From positions 27,231-91,230 of the forward strand of contig CAVOYT010000012.1 of assembly GCA_963700745.1 (NCBI GenBank): a DNA stretch of 64,000 bases, given 5' to 3'. The notes under the pieces were generated by a model. It saw nothing but the letters and a program-made list of their open reading frames with translations. It was not told the DNA's origin and made no database searches. The position numbers and the translations under genes are program-made. Of this stretch, positions 21,284 to 31,157 are shown piece after piece (position 1 is the first letter of the stretch; each line of letters starts with the position of its first letter). This DNA comes from an uncultured bacterium. GTDB taxonomy: Bacteria; Actinomycetota; Actinomycetes; S36-B12.

Positions 21284-22777
21284 TCAGGACTGCGTGGGGA
21301 ACCCGAGGTTGATCCCGCCGTGGCTCGGGTCAAGCCAGCGACTCGTGATGACCTTGCCGCGGGTGAAGAAGTGGACTCCCTCGGCGCCGTGCGCGTGGCT
21401 GTCACCGAAGAGCGACGCCTTCCACCCGCCGAAGGAGTAGTACGCCATGGGCACGGGGATGGGCACGTTCACGCCGATCATCCCCACCTCGATCTCGTTC
21501 TGGAAGCGTCGGGCGGCTCCGCCGTCATTGGTGAAGATCGCCGTGCCGTTTCCGTAGGGGTGATCGTTGATCAGCTGGACGCCGGCCTCGTAGGAGGACA
21601 CGCGGACCACGCTGAGGACCGGTCCGAAGATCTCGTCGGTGTAGATGCTCATGTCCGGGGTGACGTGATCGAACAGCGTCGGCAGCAGCCAGAAGCCGCC
21701 TTCGTCCCCGTCCACGTCGATGGTGCGGCCGTCGACGACCAGGTCGGCCCCCGCCGCCTCGCCGGCATCGACGTACGACCGCACCTTGTCACGGTGGACA
21801 CCCGTGACCAGGGGGCCCATGTCGCATCCGCGACGCCCGTCGCCCGTACGCAGCGAAGGCATGCGCTCAGCGATCTTCGCCACGAGTTCGTCGCCGATCG
21901 GATCGACGGCCAGCACGACCGAGATCGCCATGCAGCGCTCACCAGCCGAGCCGAAGCCCGCGTTGACGGCCTGGTCCGCAGCTAGGTCAAGATCGGCATC
22001 CGGGAGAACCAGCATGTGGTTCTTGGCGCCTCCGAGCGCCTGCACCCGCTTGCCGTTCTTGGTGCCGGTCTCGTAGATGTACTGCGCGATCGCGGTCGAT
22101 CCGACGAACGAGATGCTCTTGACGTCCTTGTTCTCCAGCAGTCCGTCGACCGCCTCCTTGTCGCCATGGACGACATTGAAGACGCCGTCGGGAAGACCGG
22201 CCTGCTTCCACAGCTCAGCGACGAGCATGATCGCTGACGGGTCCTTCTCGCTCGGCTTCACGACGACGGTGTTGCCGGCCGCGATGGCGATCGGGAAGAA
22301 CCACATCGGGACCATCGCCGGGAAGTTGAACGGGGAGATGATGCCGACGACACCCAGCGGCTGACGGATCGAGTACACGTCGACCCCGGTCGAGACGCCT
22401 TCGGAGAACCCGCCCTTGAGCAGATGCGGGATGCCGCATGCGAACTCCACGACCTCCTGCCCGCGGGTCACCTCGCCCAAGGCGTCACTGAGGACCTTGC
22501 CGTGCTCCTCGGTGATGAGGGCGGCCACCTTCTCCTTGTTGGCATTGAGCAGTTCCCGGAAGGCGAACAGGATCTGCGTGCGCTTGGTCAGCGAGCTGTC
22601 ACGCCACGCGGGAAAGGCCGCCTTGGCTGCGGCGACCGCGTCGTCCAGCACCGCCCTCGAGGCGAAGTCGACCTTCTTCGTCACCTGTCCGGTTGCGGGA
22701 TCGAAGACGTCCCCGGTGCGGTCTGCCGTCCCGTCCCAGGGTCGGCCGTTGATCCAGTGGGTAACGCGTCCGGTCAT
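21284..22777 (-). CDS. mmsA: CoA-acylating methylmalonate/malonate-semialdehyde dehydrogenase
   Basis: 497-aa intact ORF. HWINGRPW...VVEFACGIPHLLKG...ISPFNFPAMVPMWFFPIAIAAGNTVVVKPSE...ERCMA... is the canonical MmsA/IolA pattern. Confidence 0.9.
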   Translation of the reverse strand: MTGRVTHWINGRPWDGTADRTGDVFDPATGQVTKKVDFASRAVLDDAVAAAKAAFPAWRDSSLTKRTQILFAFRELLNANKEKVAALITEEHGKVLSDALGEVTRGQEVVEFACGIPHLLKGGFSEGVSTGVDVYSIRQPLGVVGIISPFNFPAMVPMWFFPIAIAAGNTVVVKPSEKDPSAIMLVAELWKQAGLPDGVFNVVHGDKEAVDGLLENKDVKSISFVGSTAIAQYIYETGTKNGKRVQALGGAKNHMLVLPDADLDLAADQAVNAGFGSAGERCMAISVVLAVDPIGDELVAKIAERMPSLRTGDGRRGCDMGPLVTGVHRDKVRSYVDAGEAAGADLVVDGRTIDVDGDEGGFWLLPTLFDHVTPDMSIYTDEIFGPVLSVVRVSSYEAGVQLINDHPYGNGTAIFTNDGGAARRFQNEIEVGMIGVNVPIPVPMAYYSFGGWKASLFGDSHAHGAEGVHFFTRGKVITSRWLDPSHGGINLGFPTQS

Positions 22778-22810
22778 GATTGCCTGCTTCCGATGAGGTG
22801 GATAGCGCCG

Positions 22811-22857
22811 AGTCTAGAACTAGCGTCGGGATACGTCAATATGTCTTTACAAAGTAT
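22811..22857. promoter_or_regulatory. candidate GntR/HutC-type operator(s) in the divergent mmsA / gntR promoter region
   Basis: AGTCTAGAACT (22811-22821) resembles a GTCTAGAC-type half-palindrome. The AT-rich ATGTCTTTACAAAGTAT (22841-22857) contains the CTTT-AC-AAAG dyad and a GT-N4-AC core. Pattern match only. Confidence 0.25.
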
Positions 22858-22880
22858 GGGACACCGCCTACCCTCGAGAC

Positions 22881-23615
22881 ATGGCACTGGACCTGACCGT
22901 CGACCGCGGCAGCCGCGTGCCCCTGTACTTCCAGTTGGCCCAACAGCTTGAGGCGGCCATCGACGACGGCCGGCTGCGCCCCGGCGATCGGATCGATACC
23001 GAGACCGAGCTCGCCCGGCGGCTTGGGCTCGGACGGCCCACCGTTCGCCAGGCCGTCCAGGAACTGGTGAGCAAGGGACTGCTGGTGCGGCGACGCGGCG
23101 TCGGTACCCAGGTCGTCGGTGCGACCTTCCACCGCCCGCTTGGGCTGACCAGCCTCTTCGACGACCTTGCCGCAGCTGATCATCGGCCGAGCACGACCGT
23201 CTTGGACCTGCGGTCGGTCGCAGCAGACGGCATGGTGGCGGCTGCGCTGAGCATCCCTTCGGGAGCCGAGGTGACCTACGTCGAGCGGCTGCGGCTCCAG
23301 CGCGGCGAACCCCTGGCGATCATGCGCAACTGGCTTCCACTCGACGTGATCGAACTCGATGCCGCAGCGCTCGCGGAGCAGGGGCTCTATGAGCTGCTCC
23401 GCCGAGCGGGAGTGCATCTGCGCATTGCCAACCAGCGCATCGGCGCCCGGGTGGCGACCCGGTCCGACGCTCGACTGCTGAACATCCGATCCGGAGCCCC
23501 CTTGCTCACGATGGAGCGCACCGCGTTCGACGATTCCGGCCGGGCCGTCGAGTATGCGCAGCACTGCTACCGTGCGGACGCGCATTCCTTCGACACCACC
23601 TTGGTCGGCCGCTGA
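22881..23615 (+). CDS. GntR-family transcriptional regulator (HutC/UTRA subfamily)
   Basis: PLYFQLAQQLEAAIDDGRLRPGDRIDTETELARRLGLGRPTVRQAVQELVSKGLLVRRRGVGT winged helix-turn-helix, plus a UTRA-like C-terminal domain. Confidence 0.85.
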   Translation: MALDLTVDRGSRVPLYFQLAQQLEAAIDDGRLRPGDRIDTETELARRLGLGRPTVRQAVQELVSKGLLVRRRGVGTQVVGATFHRPLGLTSLFDDLAAADHRPSTTVLDLRSVAADGMVAAALSIPSGAEVTYVERLRLQRGEPLAIMRNWLPLDVIELDAAALAEQGLYELLRRAGVHLRIANQRIGARVATRSDARLLNIRSGAPLLTMERTAFDDSGRAVEYAQHCYRADAHSFDTTLVGR

Positions 23616-23634
23616 GAACCCAGGAGGACGCACG

Positions 23635-24481
23635 ATGACAGCAGGGCGCGGAACAGCAGTCGTGACCGGAGCGAGCAGCGGCATCGGTGCCGCGACCGCG
23701 AAGGCCCTCGCGAACCGCGGCTTCCGCGTCATCGCGGCGGCGCGCCGGATCGATCGGCTTGCCGCACTTGCGGCGACCGACCCGAACATCGAGGCCCTCG
23801 AGCTGGACGTGACCGATCAGGCCAGCGTCGATGCGCTCGTCTCGGCCCTGGCTGATGAGGACGTCACCGTGCTCGTCGCGAACGCCGGTGGCGCCTTCGA
23901 CTCCGAGTCCATCGGGACCGCGGACCTGGCCGCGTGGCAACGCACCCACGACGTGAATGTGCTCGGGACCGTGCGCACCGTGAAGGCCCTTCTCCCCCAC
24001 CTCTCCGACTCAGGACGAGGGCTGATCGTGCTGATGGGTTCCACGGCCGGCCGAGGCGTCTACGAGAACGGGGGCAGCTACACGGCCGCCAAGCATGCGG
24101 TCGCAGCCATCGCCGGCACCCTGCGACTGGAACTGTGCGGCCTGCCCGTCCGCGTCACGGAGATCGCCCCCGGCATGGTTCGCACCGACGAGTTCGCGGC
24201 GAATCGTTTCGGCGGCGACGCCAGACAGGGCCGCCGCCGTGTACGCCGGGGTCGCCGAACCCCTTGTTGCTGAGGACATCGCCGAGTCGGTCGCCTGGGT
24301 CGCCACGCTTCCGGCCCACGTGAACATCGACCTCATGGTCATGCGCCCGGTGGCGCAGGCGGCCCAGCACAAGGTGCACCGCGTCCCATCACCGAGTGAC
24401 CCACGTCACGGACGCGGGACGAAGTACCCGCGGGTCTACGAATTCACGTCACCAGTGCGCGGCCAACGTCCCGCACCCTGA
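23635..24481 (+). CDS. short-chain dehydrogenase/reductase; frame break near 24222
   Basis: TGASSGIGAATA...NAGG...YTAAKHA motifs. AGGAGG RBS. The tail DRAAAVYAGVAEPLVAEDIAESVAW...MRPVAQA is in ORF 24095..24481 after an apparent extra a. Confidence 0.8.
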
Positions 24482-24607
24482 AAGGACTTTGGTCCCGACT
24501 TCGCGCAAATCGGATGATTGACGGCTCAGTTGCTTCCCATCGGGTGCCTCTTTGGGAAGAGTGAGGCCTGTCAGCCAAGGGTTGGCTGACGTGGGGAGGC
24601 AGTACAC

Positions 24608-25048
24608 ATGTCCAGCAACTCCGGTTCTGGCACCGCCAAGTGGATCAGCATCGTCGTCATGGTCGTCGGTGCCCTGATGGTCCTCGCCGGCGCAGTCACA
24701 TACGGCATGGTCAGCAGCACGCTGGCCGACGAGCGCATCACCGTCTCCGAGGATGCCTGCCTCGGTGGCCAGTCAGTCTCGGGCCCGTTCACGGCCTACT
24801 GCGAGGCCATGATCATCGAGAAGCATGCGCTCGAGGCAACCGGTGGCAAGACGTACGCGGAGCTCGATCGTGAGGACCCGCTGCGCGCCACCGCGATGAA
24901 TGGCTCGTTCCTGCGCGCATCCTTGTTCACCTCCGTGCTCGCCTTCGGAGTCGCAGCGATGGCCATCGGCGTCGGCATCGTGTTCATCCTGATCGGCGTG
25001 GCTCTTCTCAACCTGACGGGCCGCGTGGGCGGGGCGAAGGCCGCCTAG
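24608..25048 (+). CDS. hypothetical membrane protein (N- and C-terminal TM helices)
   Basis: 146-aa intact ORF. TM segments WISIVVMVVGALMVLAGAV and LFTSVLAFGVAAMAIGVGIVFILIGVALL. Confidence 0.5.
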   Translation: MSSNSGSGTAKWISIVVMVVGALMVLAGAVTYGMVSSTLADERITVSEDACLGGQSVSGPFTAYCEAMIIEKHALEATGGKTYAELDREDPLRATAMNGSFLRASLFTSVLAFGVAAMAIGVGIVFILIGVALLNLTGRVGGAKAA

Positions 25049-25061
25049 CTCAACGCGCGAC

Positions 25062-25103
25062 AACGACGAGGGGCGGGTCCGCTTGGACCCGCCCCTCGTC
25101 GTT
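25062..25103. terminator. strong bidirectional hairpin between convergent genes
   Basis: Perfect 19-bp stem aacgacgaggggcgggtcc / gctt / ggacccgcccctcgtcgtt. Confidence 0.7.
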
Positions 25104-25114
25104 GGTGATGATGC

Positions 25115-25393
25115 TCAGCAGGCTGGCTGCAGCTCGTGGACAGTGTGGGCGACGGACCGTGCGTTGAGCCGGTTCGCGACCTGGACGGACACCTTGGCGT
25201 AGGCGCGGATGCGCGCAACCTCAGGCTCGCCCTCGTCGACCATCAGGGAGACCATCAGGTCGTCGACTCCGAGGTCGGCCGCCGTATGGGCGAGCAGCAG
25301 CAGGTTCACCGGGTCGGCGGCGATCCCACGGTCCGCGAGCGCGTAATCGAGCTCGGTGATACGCGATGACATCGTCTGGGTGTCGGTGATCAT
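25115..25393 (-). CDS. hypothetical protein (92 aa)
   Basis: ORF with high GC3. ATG at 25393 preceded by AGAGAGGGG. No family recognised. Confidence 0.4.
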   Translation of the reverse strand: MITDTQTMSSRITELDYALADRGIAADPVNLLLLAHTAADLGVDDLMVSLMVDEGEPEVARIRAYAKVSVQVANRLNARSVAHTVHELQPAC

Positions 25394-25430
25394 GTCGTGC
25401 CCCTCTCTTCTCATGCATCAAGAGTAGGGA

Positions 25431-25441
25431 ATTGTTTCAAT
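25431..25441. promoter_or_regulatory. ATTG-N3-CAAT dyad in the AT-rich divergent region upstream of the LysR gene
   Basis: attgtttcaat lies within the most AT-rich stretch of the 25394-25478 intergenic region. Compatible with a LysR T-N11-A type box, but this is pattern only. Confidence 0.25.
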
Positions 25442-25478
25442 AAAGAAAAGCGATGTATTCTTATCGTGTCGATCGTCT

Positions 25479-26423
25479 ATGCTTATGTTTATGGCCTTCG
25501 ACGACATCGAGATGCGACACCTGCGATCCCTCACCGCTGTGGCGGAAGAAGGCTCCTTCATCGGCGCAGCGGACATCCTGGGCTTCTCGCAGGCGGCCAT
25601 CAGCCAGCAGATCGCCGGGCTCGAGCGAGCCGTGGGCCAGCCGCTCTTCGACCGCCCCGGTGGACCTCGACCGGTGACCCTCACGCCCGCCGGGCGGCTC
25701 ATGCTCGAGCACGCCGAGATCATCGCGGAGCAGCTTCGCGTCGCCGAGACCGATCTCGCTGACCTCTCCTCGGGAACCGCCGGACGACTGCGCATCGGCA
25801 CCTACCAGAGCGTCTCCGTACAACTGCTCCCCGACGTCGTGCGCGAACTGCGCGAGATCGCCCCGGACCTGGCGATCAACCTCGTGGAGCACGACCTCAA
25901 CGAGACGCTGGCCGAGGACCTGCTCGACGGGATCATCGATGTCACCTTCCTCGCCGGCCCCTACGAGGACAGCCGGCTGACGATGATCGACCTGGGGTTC
26001 GACCCGTTCGTTGTCCTGCTGAAGGCCGACGGCGAGCTGGCCCGTGCGCACCCTGGACGCGTCTTCCCCACCCAGGCTCTCATCGATGTGCCGATGGTCG
26101 GGGGGAACTCCCCCGACCGTCGCCGAGACATGATCGAGGGCGGATTGCGAGCCCACGGGGTACGACCTCGCTATGTGTTCCAGTCCAACGACAACGGTGC
26201 AATGCAGGGCATGGTGCGCGCGGGAATGGGCCCGGCCGTCATGCCGCTGCTGGCCGTGGACACGAGGGATCCCGGAATCGTCGTCAAGCGACTCGATCCC
26301 CCACTCGAGCCACGCACGATCCTGATCGCGGTGCCGCACGGGGCCACCCCCATGCCGGCGGCCGAGCAGTTCGTCCGGGTTGCCAAGAAGGAATGCCGTC
26401 GCAGGCTGTCATTGACCCGCTGA
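25479..26423 (+). CDS. LysR-family transcriptional regulator
   Basis: IEMRHLRSLTAVAEEGSFIGAADILGFSQAAISQQIAGLERAVGQPLFDR helix-turn-helix, plus a LysR substrate-binding domain. Confidence 0.85.
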   Translation: MLMFMAFDDIEMRHLRSLTAVAEEGSFIGAADILGFSQAAISQQIAGLERAVGQPLFDRPGGPRPVTLTPAGRLMLEHAEIIAEQLRVAETDLADLSSGTAGRLRIGTYQSVSVQLLPDVVRELREIAPDLAINLVEHDLNETLAEDLLDGIIDVTFLAGPYEDSRLTMIDLGFDPFVVLLKADGELARAHPGRVFPTQALIDVPMVGGNSPDRRRDMIEGGLRAHGVRPRYVFQSNDNGAMQGMVRAGMGPAVMPLLAVDTRDPGIVVKRLDPPLEPRTILIAVPHGATPMPAAEQFVRVAKKECRRRLSLTR

Positions 26424-26434
26424 GGCACCGATCC

Positions 26435-27106
26435 TCAGCAGTGCCAGCGGCCGCCGGCCCAGTGGGCCGCACCGGATCCGGTGTGCTCCCAGTTCATGAC
26501 GGTGTGGAAGGCCGCGTCCTGCCAGTAGCGGGGCCACTTGTTCATGGGCGTCGCACGCAACTTCGCAAGCACCTTCTTCGCGGCCGTCGGCCCCATCAAC
26601 TGCTTGTGCTCCTTGAGCATCATCCAGGTGGCGCCTCGGGCCAGCTCTCGCGATACCTGGTAGGCGCCGTAGTACGAGCCGCTGGCCGACACGACGTCGT
26701 AGTGACCCTCACTCTCGCGCTCGGCGATGCACAGGCGCTTGGCCTCGGTCGCGCCGCGATAGAACTTGCCGTGGTACAGGCTCGGCTCAATGCCGCGCAT
26801 GTCCTTGGTGGCTCGGGAGTTCAAGGTGAAGTTGGTGTACTTGGCGAACTTGGCAGCCTGGACCTGGCGCGCGCTGGTGGCACGGCTCGGCCGCTGGGCG
26901 GTGATCGAGGTCACGACTGCGGACTCACGCCAGGACGATGGCGAAGTGACGATGGCGGAGTCGACCGCCGGGGCGACCACCTCGATCGGCTGAGCGGTCG
27001 CGGGGACTGGTGCCGCCGAGGCGGATCCGACGGAGGCCGTCAGCAGCACTCCGGCTGCGACAGCGCTGACACCCTTGACACTTCGAACGATCGTGCTTTT
27101 CGACAT
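26435..27106 (-). CDS. secreted transglycosylase-like (SLT/RPF-like fold) cell-wall protein
   Basis: Signal peptide ...AAGVLLTASVGSASA. The C-terminal block CIAERESEGHYDVVSASGSYYGAYQVS...TW resembles transglycosylase-like domains. Confidence 0.55.
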   Translation of the reverse strand: MSKSTIVRSVKGVSAVAAGVLLTASVGSASAAPVPATAQPIEVVAPAVDSAIVTSPSSWRESAVVTSITAQRPSRATSARQVQAAKFAKYTNFTLNSRATKDMRGIEPSLYHGKFYRGATEAKRLCIAERESEGHYDVVSASGSYYGAYQVSRELARGATWMMLKEHKQLMGPTAAKKVLAKLRATPMNKWPRYWQDAAFHTVMNWEHTGSGAAHWAGGRWHC

Positions 27107-27109
27107 ACA

Positions 27110-27330
27110 CCCTCATGTAACGGCACTCGGTTGCCCGGTGCGTGGTCACGATGCGGGTCCGTGCCGCAGCGAGGACTCTGGTCTGCCTCGCCTGGCTATC
27201 CAGCCGCGCGCCGGTCAGGGGCGAATCTCACGCCCTGACGCTGGTGGTCACACGGCTCCCTGCGGCGGCGGCCGCTGGGGCATCGCGAAGTCCTGCTTCG
27301 CCGGACGGCTGGGGAAGACCGCCATCCGAG
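27110..27330 (-). promoter_or_regulatory. long GC-rich 5' leader of the transglycosylase-like gene; possible ydaO-type (c-di-AMP) riboswitch
   Basis: About 460 nt without credible coding upstream of a cell-wall hydrolase. Minus-strand fragments GGCGUGAGAUUC, CAGGGAGCC and GGCAACCGAGUGCCG loosely resemble conserved ydaO blocks. No covariance model was run. Confidence 0.2.
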
Positions 27331-27567
27331 GAAAAGTCTAGGCAGGGCAATGACATTCGACGAATGAAGGGCGCGCTCAACGAGTCGACTTTTTGCCCCT
27401 ATTGTCCGCTTAGCCGGAACCGTGCTGTGATCCACGCCACATCACGTGAGGACTTGGCTGTGACACAACTGTGACATGAATCTCGCACCAATGACAGCGC
27501 TTACGGCGTGTCTGCGACCCGCCAACCAGGGCACGTCTGCCCTTGCGGTCGCATCGAACGGTCCGCT

Positions 27568-28759
27568 TCAGCCGGCCGCCGTCACCGCTTCGGCCGCCTG
27601 ACGAGCGATCTGGGCCTCCTCGTCGGTCGGCACCACCAGCACGCGGATCGGTCCGTTGCCGTCATCGATGGCGCGAATCCCGTCTCCCGGAGCCCAGTTC
27701 GCCTCAGGGCTCAGCCGGATCCCGAGATGGCCCAGCGGCCCGCACACCTCCGTCGCGTAGGGCCGCGTCGTGCTCGCCGATACCCGCCGTGAACACCAGC
27801 GCATCGACCGACGGCAGCACGCCCAGGTAGGCGCCGACGTAGAACCGGATCCGGTACGAGTAGACGTCGAGGGCCCGGCGCGCATCCACGTCACCGGCCG
27901 CGGCCCGAGCGCGCACTTCGCGCATGTCCTGAATGCCGGCCAGTCCCCTCAACCCGCTCTCCTTGTTGAGGATGACGTCGACCTCGTCCATCGATAGCCC
28001 TGCTGTGCGCACGAGGTGGAAGGCGACCGCCGGGTCGATGTCGCCCGATCGCGTTCCCATCACGAGGCCCTGAAGCGGTGTCATGCCCATCGTGGTGTCG
28101 ACGCTCACTCCTGCCCGGATGGCCGCCATGGAGGCACCGTTGCCCAGGTGGCACACGATCAGGTTCACCGCCGCCGATGGCACCCCGAGGAACTCGGCGG
28201 CCTTGCGCGTCACGTACTGGTAGCTCGTCCCGTGGAAGCCGTACTTGCGGGCCTGGGTCTGTTCCGCCAGCTCGGTCGGAATCGCGTAGGTGTACGCCTC
28301 CGGTGGGATCGTGGCATGGAAGGCGGTGTCGAACACGGCGACGTGCGGAACGTCGGGCATCAGCCGCCGCAGCTCCCGGATCCCCTGCAGTCCTGCCGGA
28401 TTGTGCAGCGGCGCCAAGGGGATCAGCCGCTCGATGACCCCCTCGACCTCGTCGTCGACGACGACCGGCTCGCGGTACCGACTCCCCCCGTGCACGACAC
28501 GATGACCCACCGCGATGACCTGGTCGAGCGCCGTTCCGTCTCGCAGGATGTCGAGCATGTAGGCGAGGGCCGCCCCGTGGTCCGGCAGTTCGGTTTCCAC
28601 CACGAGCGGTTCGGCGCCCTCCGCATGGTGATGCACTCGCCCACGGCCCTCCCCGATGCGCTCGATGAGTCCCCGCGCGTGCGAGACCCCGGTCGCCGGA
28701 TCGACCACCTGGTACTTCAAGCTCGACGAGCCGGTGTTCACGACCAGGACAACGCTCAC
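27568..28759 (-). CDS. ackA: acetate kinase; frame break near 27765
   Basis: VLVVNTGSSSLKYQV...HRVVHGG...PLHNP...FDTAFH...CHLGNGAS...MGTRSGDIDP...FTAGIGE. The tail EVCGPLGHLGIRL...VLVVPTDEE is in ORF 27568..27894. GTG start overlaps the pta stop. Confidence 0.9.
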
Positions 28760-30834
28760 GCGCTCTCCACCTGTTGCGCCTGGATCGCCGTGATGGCAAC
28801 GGTGTTGATGATGTCGGGCACCGTGCATCCGCGGGAGAGGTCATTCACCGGGCGGCGCAGGCCCTGCAGCACCGGACCGATCGCCACCCCGCCCGATGAC
28901 CGCTGAACGGCCTTGTACGTCGTGTTGCCGGTGTTGAGATCCGGGAACACCAGGACGGTGGCGTGACCGGCGACCGGGTTGCCGGGCATCTTCGCCTGGC
29001 CCACGGCCTCATCGACGGCAGCGTCGTACTGGATCGGGCCGGCAAGCGGAAGATCGGGGCGGCGGCTCGCCACGCGTTCGGTAGCGGCGCGCACCTTGTC
29101 GACATCGCTCCCGGACCCGGACGTACCCGTCGAGTAGGAGAGCATGGCGACGCGGGGATCAATCCCGAAGGCGACGGCGGTTGCCGCGCTGCTGATCGCG
29201 ATGGTCGCCAACTCGTCCGCTGTCGGATCCGGGTTGACGGCGCAGTCTGCGAACACCAGCACGCGATCCGGCAGGCACATCAGGAAGGCGCTCGACACCA
29301 GCGGCGACTCGGGAACGGTCCGGATGATCTCGAGCGCGGGCCGGATGGTGTGCGCGGTCGTGTGCGCGGCGCCAGACACCATGCCGTCGACCCTCCCGGT
29401 GTGGACGAGCATCGTGCCGAAGTAGGTGGCATCAAGCATCGTGTCCTGGGCCTGCTCGATGGTCACGCCCCTGTGCGCTCGCAGGCCCGCGTAGGCCTCG
29501 GCAAACACTTCCCGCAGCGGCGAGGCGGCCGGGTCGATGATCTCCATGCCGGTCAGATCGACGCCGAACGCCACGGCCTTGGCCTGGATCTCGGCCGGGT
29601 GACCCAGCAGGGTGATGTCGACGACGCCGGCATGGACGAGCTCTTCGGCGGCACGGAGCACGCGCTCGTCCTCTCCCTCGGGAAGGACGATGCGCCGCCG
29701 ATCGAGGCGCGCCCTCTCCAAGAGCCCGAAGGAGAACATCAGCGGGGTGATGACATCGGGGTGCGAGAGCCGGATCTGCGCACTCAGAGCCTCGACGTCG
29801 ACCCCGTCGTTGAACTCGCCCAGGGCCGCCGCGATCTTGCGCCGGCTCGCCGTGCGGATCTCACCGCGCAGCGTCTCCAGAGCGTGCAGGGTCGCGTAGG
29901 TGTCAGCCTCGACGGCGATGATCGGCATCCCCGAAGCCGTGAGCAGCGACTGCGTCATCGGGTCCGGGCGGTGGCCGCACGTCAGGACGACGCCCGCCGG
30001 GGTCGGCATGTCGCGGCTCAGCGCTGACGCGGCGGTGCCCACCGCCAGATCCGCCCTGTCTCCGGACGCCACCACCAGGGCCCCGTCCGTCAGCGCCGGC
30101 AGGAGCGTCTGCAGATGCCCCGAGCCGGCCACGTACGCCTCCACCTCCCGCTGCAGGCTCTCTCGCCCTCCGACCAGGATGGTCCCGCCGAGTCCGACGG
30201 CCACCTCCTCCACCGTCAGCGCCGAGAGCACGGGCAGGTCACGAAGGACGTAGACCGGCGGCTCGTGGGCCTCCTCGGCCAGGCGGGCGCGCATCGCACC
30301 GACGGCCTTCGGATCGACGCGGTTGACGATGGTGGCCACGATCGAGCATCCCAGCCGGGTGAGCAGGCTGGTCGACGAGTCCATGGCGTTGTCGATCGAG
30401 TCAGCGTCCAGGTCATGGCCGTTGACGACGGCCAGGACCGGCGCACCCATGTTCGCGGCCAGCCGCGCGTTGAGTGCGAGTTCGGTCGACGACGACGGGC
30501 CGGTGAAGTCGGTACCGATCACCATGACGAAGTCGTATGCCTCCTTCATGTGCATGAAGTCATCGACGAGTCGAGCGACGAGTCGCGTATCGCCCCCCTC
30601 GTCGACGTAGCTCGCCGCTTCGGCATAGGTGAGGCCGATCGAACTGTCGTGGGCGAGGTGATAGCGATCGGTCAGCAGGTCCAGCAGCGCATCGCGACGC
30701 CCATCGCCGTCGACGATCGGCCGGAAGACACCGACGCGACCGACCTGACGGGCCAGCACCTCAAGAGTGCCGAGCGCGATGACGGCCTTGCCCGCCCTGA
30801 TGGTGGTCGAGGTGATGTACAGGCTTTCGGACAC
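28756..30834 (-). CDS. pta: phosphate acetyltransferase (long form with N-terminal DRTGG/CobQ-like region)
   Basis: 692-aa intact ORF. C-terminal PTA domain ...SGAAHTTAHTIRPAL...VFADCAVNP...ATVLVFPDLNTGN. Confidence 0.9.
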   Translation of the reverse strand: MSESLYITSTTIRAGKAVIALGTLEVLARQVGRVGVFRPIVDGDGRRDALLDLLTDRYHLAHDSSIGLTYAEAASYVDEGGDTRLVARLVDDFMHMKEAYDFVMVIGTDFTGPSSSTELALNARLAANMGAPVLAVVNGHDLDADSIDNAMDSSTSLLTRLGCSIVATIVNRVDPKAVGAMRARLAEEAHEPPVYVLRDLPVLSALTVEEVAVGLGGTILVGGRESLQREVEAYVAGSGHLQTLLPALTDGALVVASGDRADLAVGTAASALSRDMPTPAGVVLTCGHRPDPMTQSLLTASGMPIIAVEADTYATLHALETLRGEIRTASRRKIAAALGEFNDGVDVEALSAQIRLSHPDVITPLMFSFGLLERARLDRRRIVLPEGEDERVLRAAEELVHAGVVDITLLGHPAEIQAKAVAFGVDLTGMEIIDPAASPLREVFAEAYAGLRAHRGVTIEQAQDTMLDATYFGTMLVHTGRVDGMVSGAAHTTAHTIRPALEIIRTVPESPLVSSAFLMCLPDRVLVFADCAVNPDPTADELATIAISSAATAVAFGIDPRVAMLSYSTGTSGSGSDVDKVRAATERVASRRPDLPLAGPIQYDAAVDEAVGQAKMPGNPVAGHATVLVFPDLNTGNTTYKAVQRSSGGVAIGPVLQGLRRPVNDLSRGCTVPDIINTVAITAIQAQQVESA

Positions 30835-30852
30835 CGAGTGGGGTCCCTTCCG

Positions 30853-31116
30853 TCAGCGGGCGATCAGGACGACGACGACGATCCCGATAGCGACGGCAAC
30901 CCCGATCGCGACCCACGGCGCCGACTTGCGCACTCGATGGAAGCGCGGCTTGCCCGAACCATCCGAGATCTCACCAGAAGCCCTGAGCTGGTCATTGCTG
31001 CGAGCGATGCGCTGGGCCTTGGCGATGCGCTCCTCGGCCGTCGGTTCCTTGACTCCACCGGTCACGAAGTCCTCGTCAAGACTGATCTCGTCGAAGGGAT
31101 CGGGTTCGCTGGGCAT
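30853..31116 (-). CDS. small tail-anchored membrane protein (87 aa)
   Basis: Acidic N-terminus and a single C-terminal TM helix, WVAIGVAVAIGIVVVVLIA. High GC3. Immediately upstream of pta. Confidence 0.45.
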   Translation of the reverse strand: MPSEPDPFDEISLDEDFVTGGVKEPTAEERIAKAQRIARSNDQLRASGEISDGSGKPRFHRVRKSAPWVAIGVAVAIGIVVVVLIAR

Positions 31117-31157
31117 CGGTCTCCTGGGGTCCTCGGGTCCATCAAGGATACGTGCCG

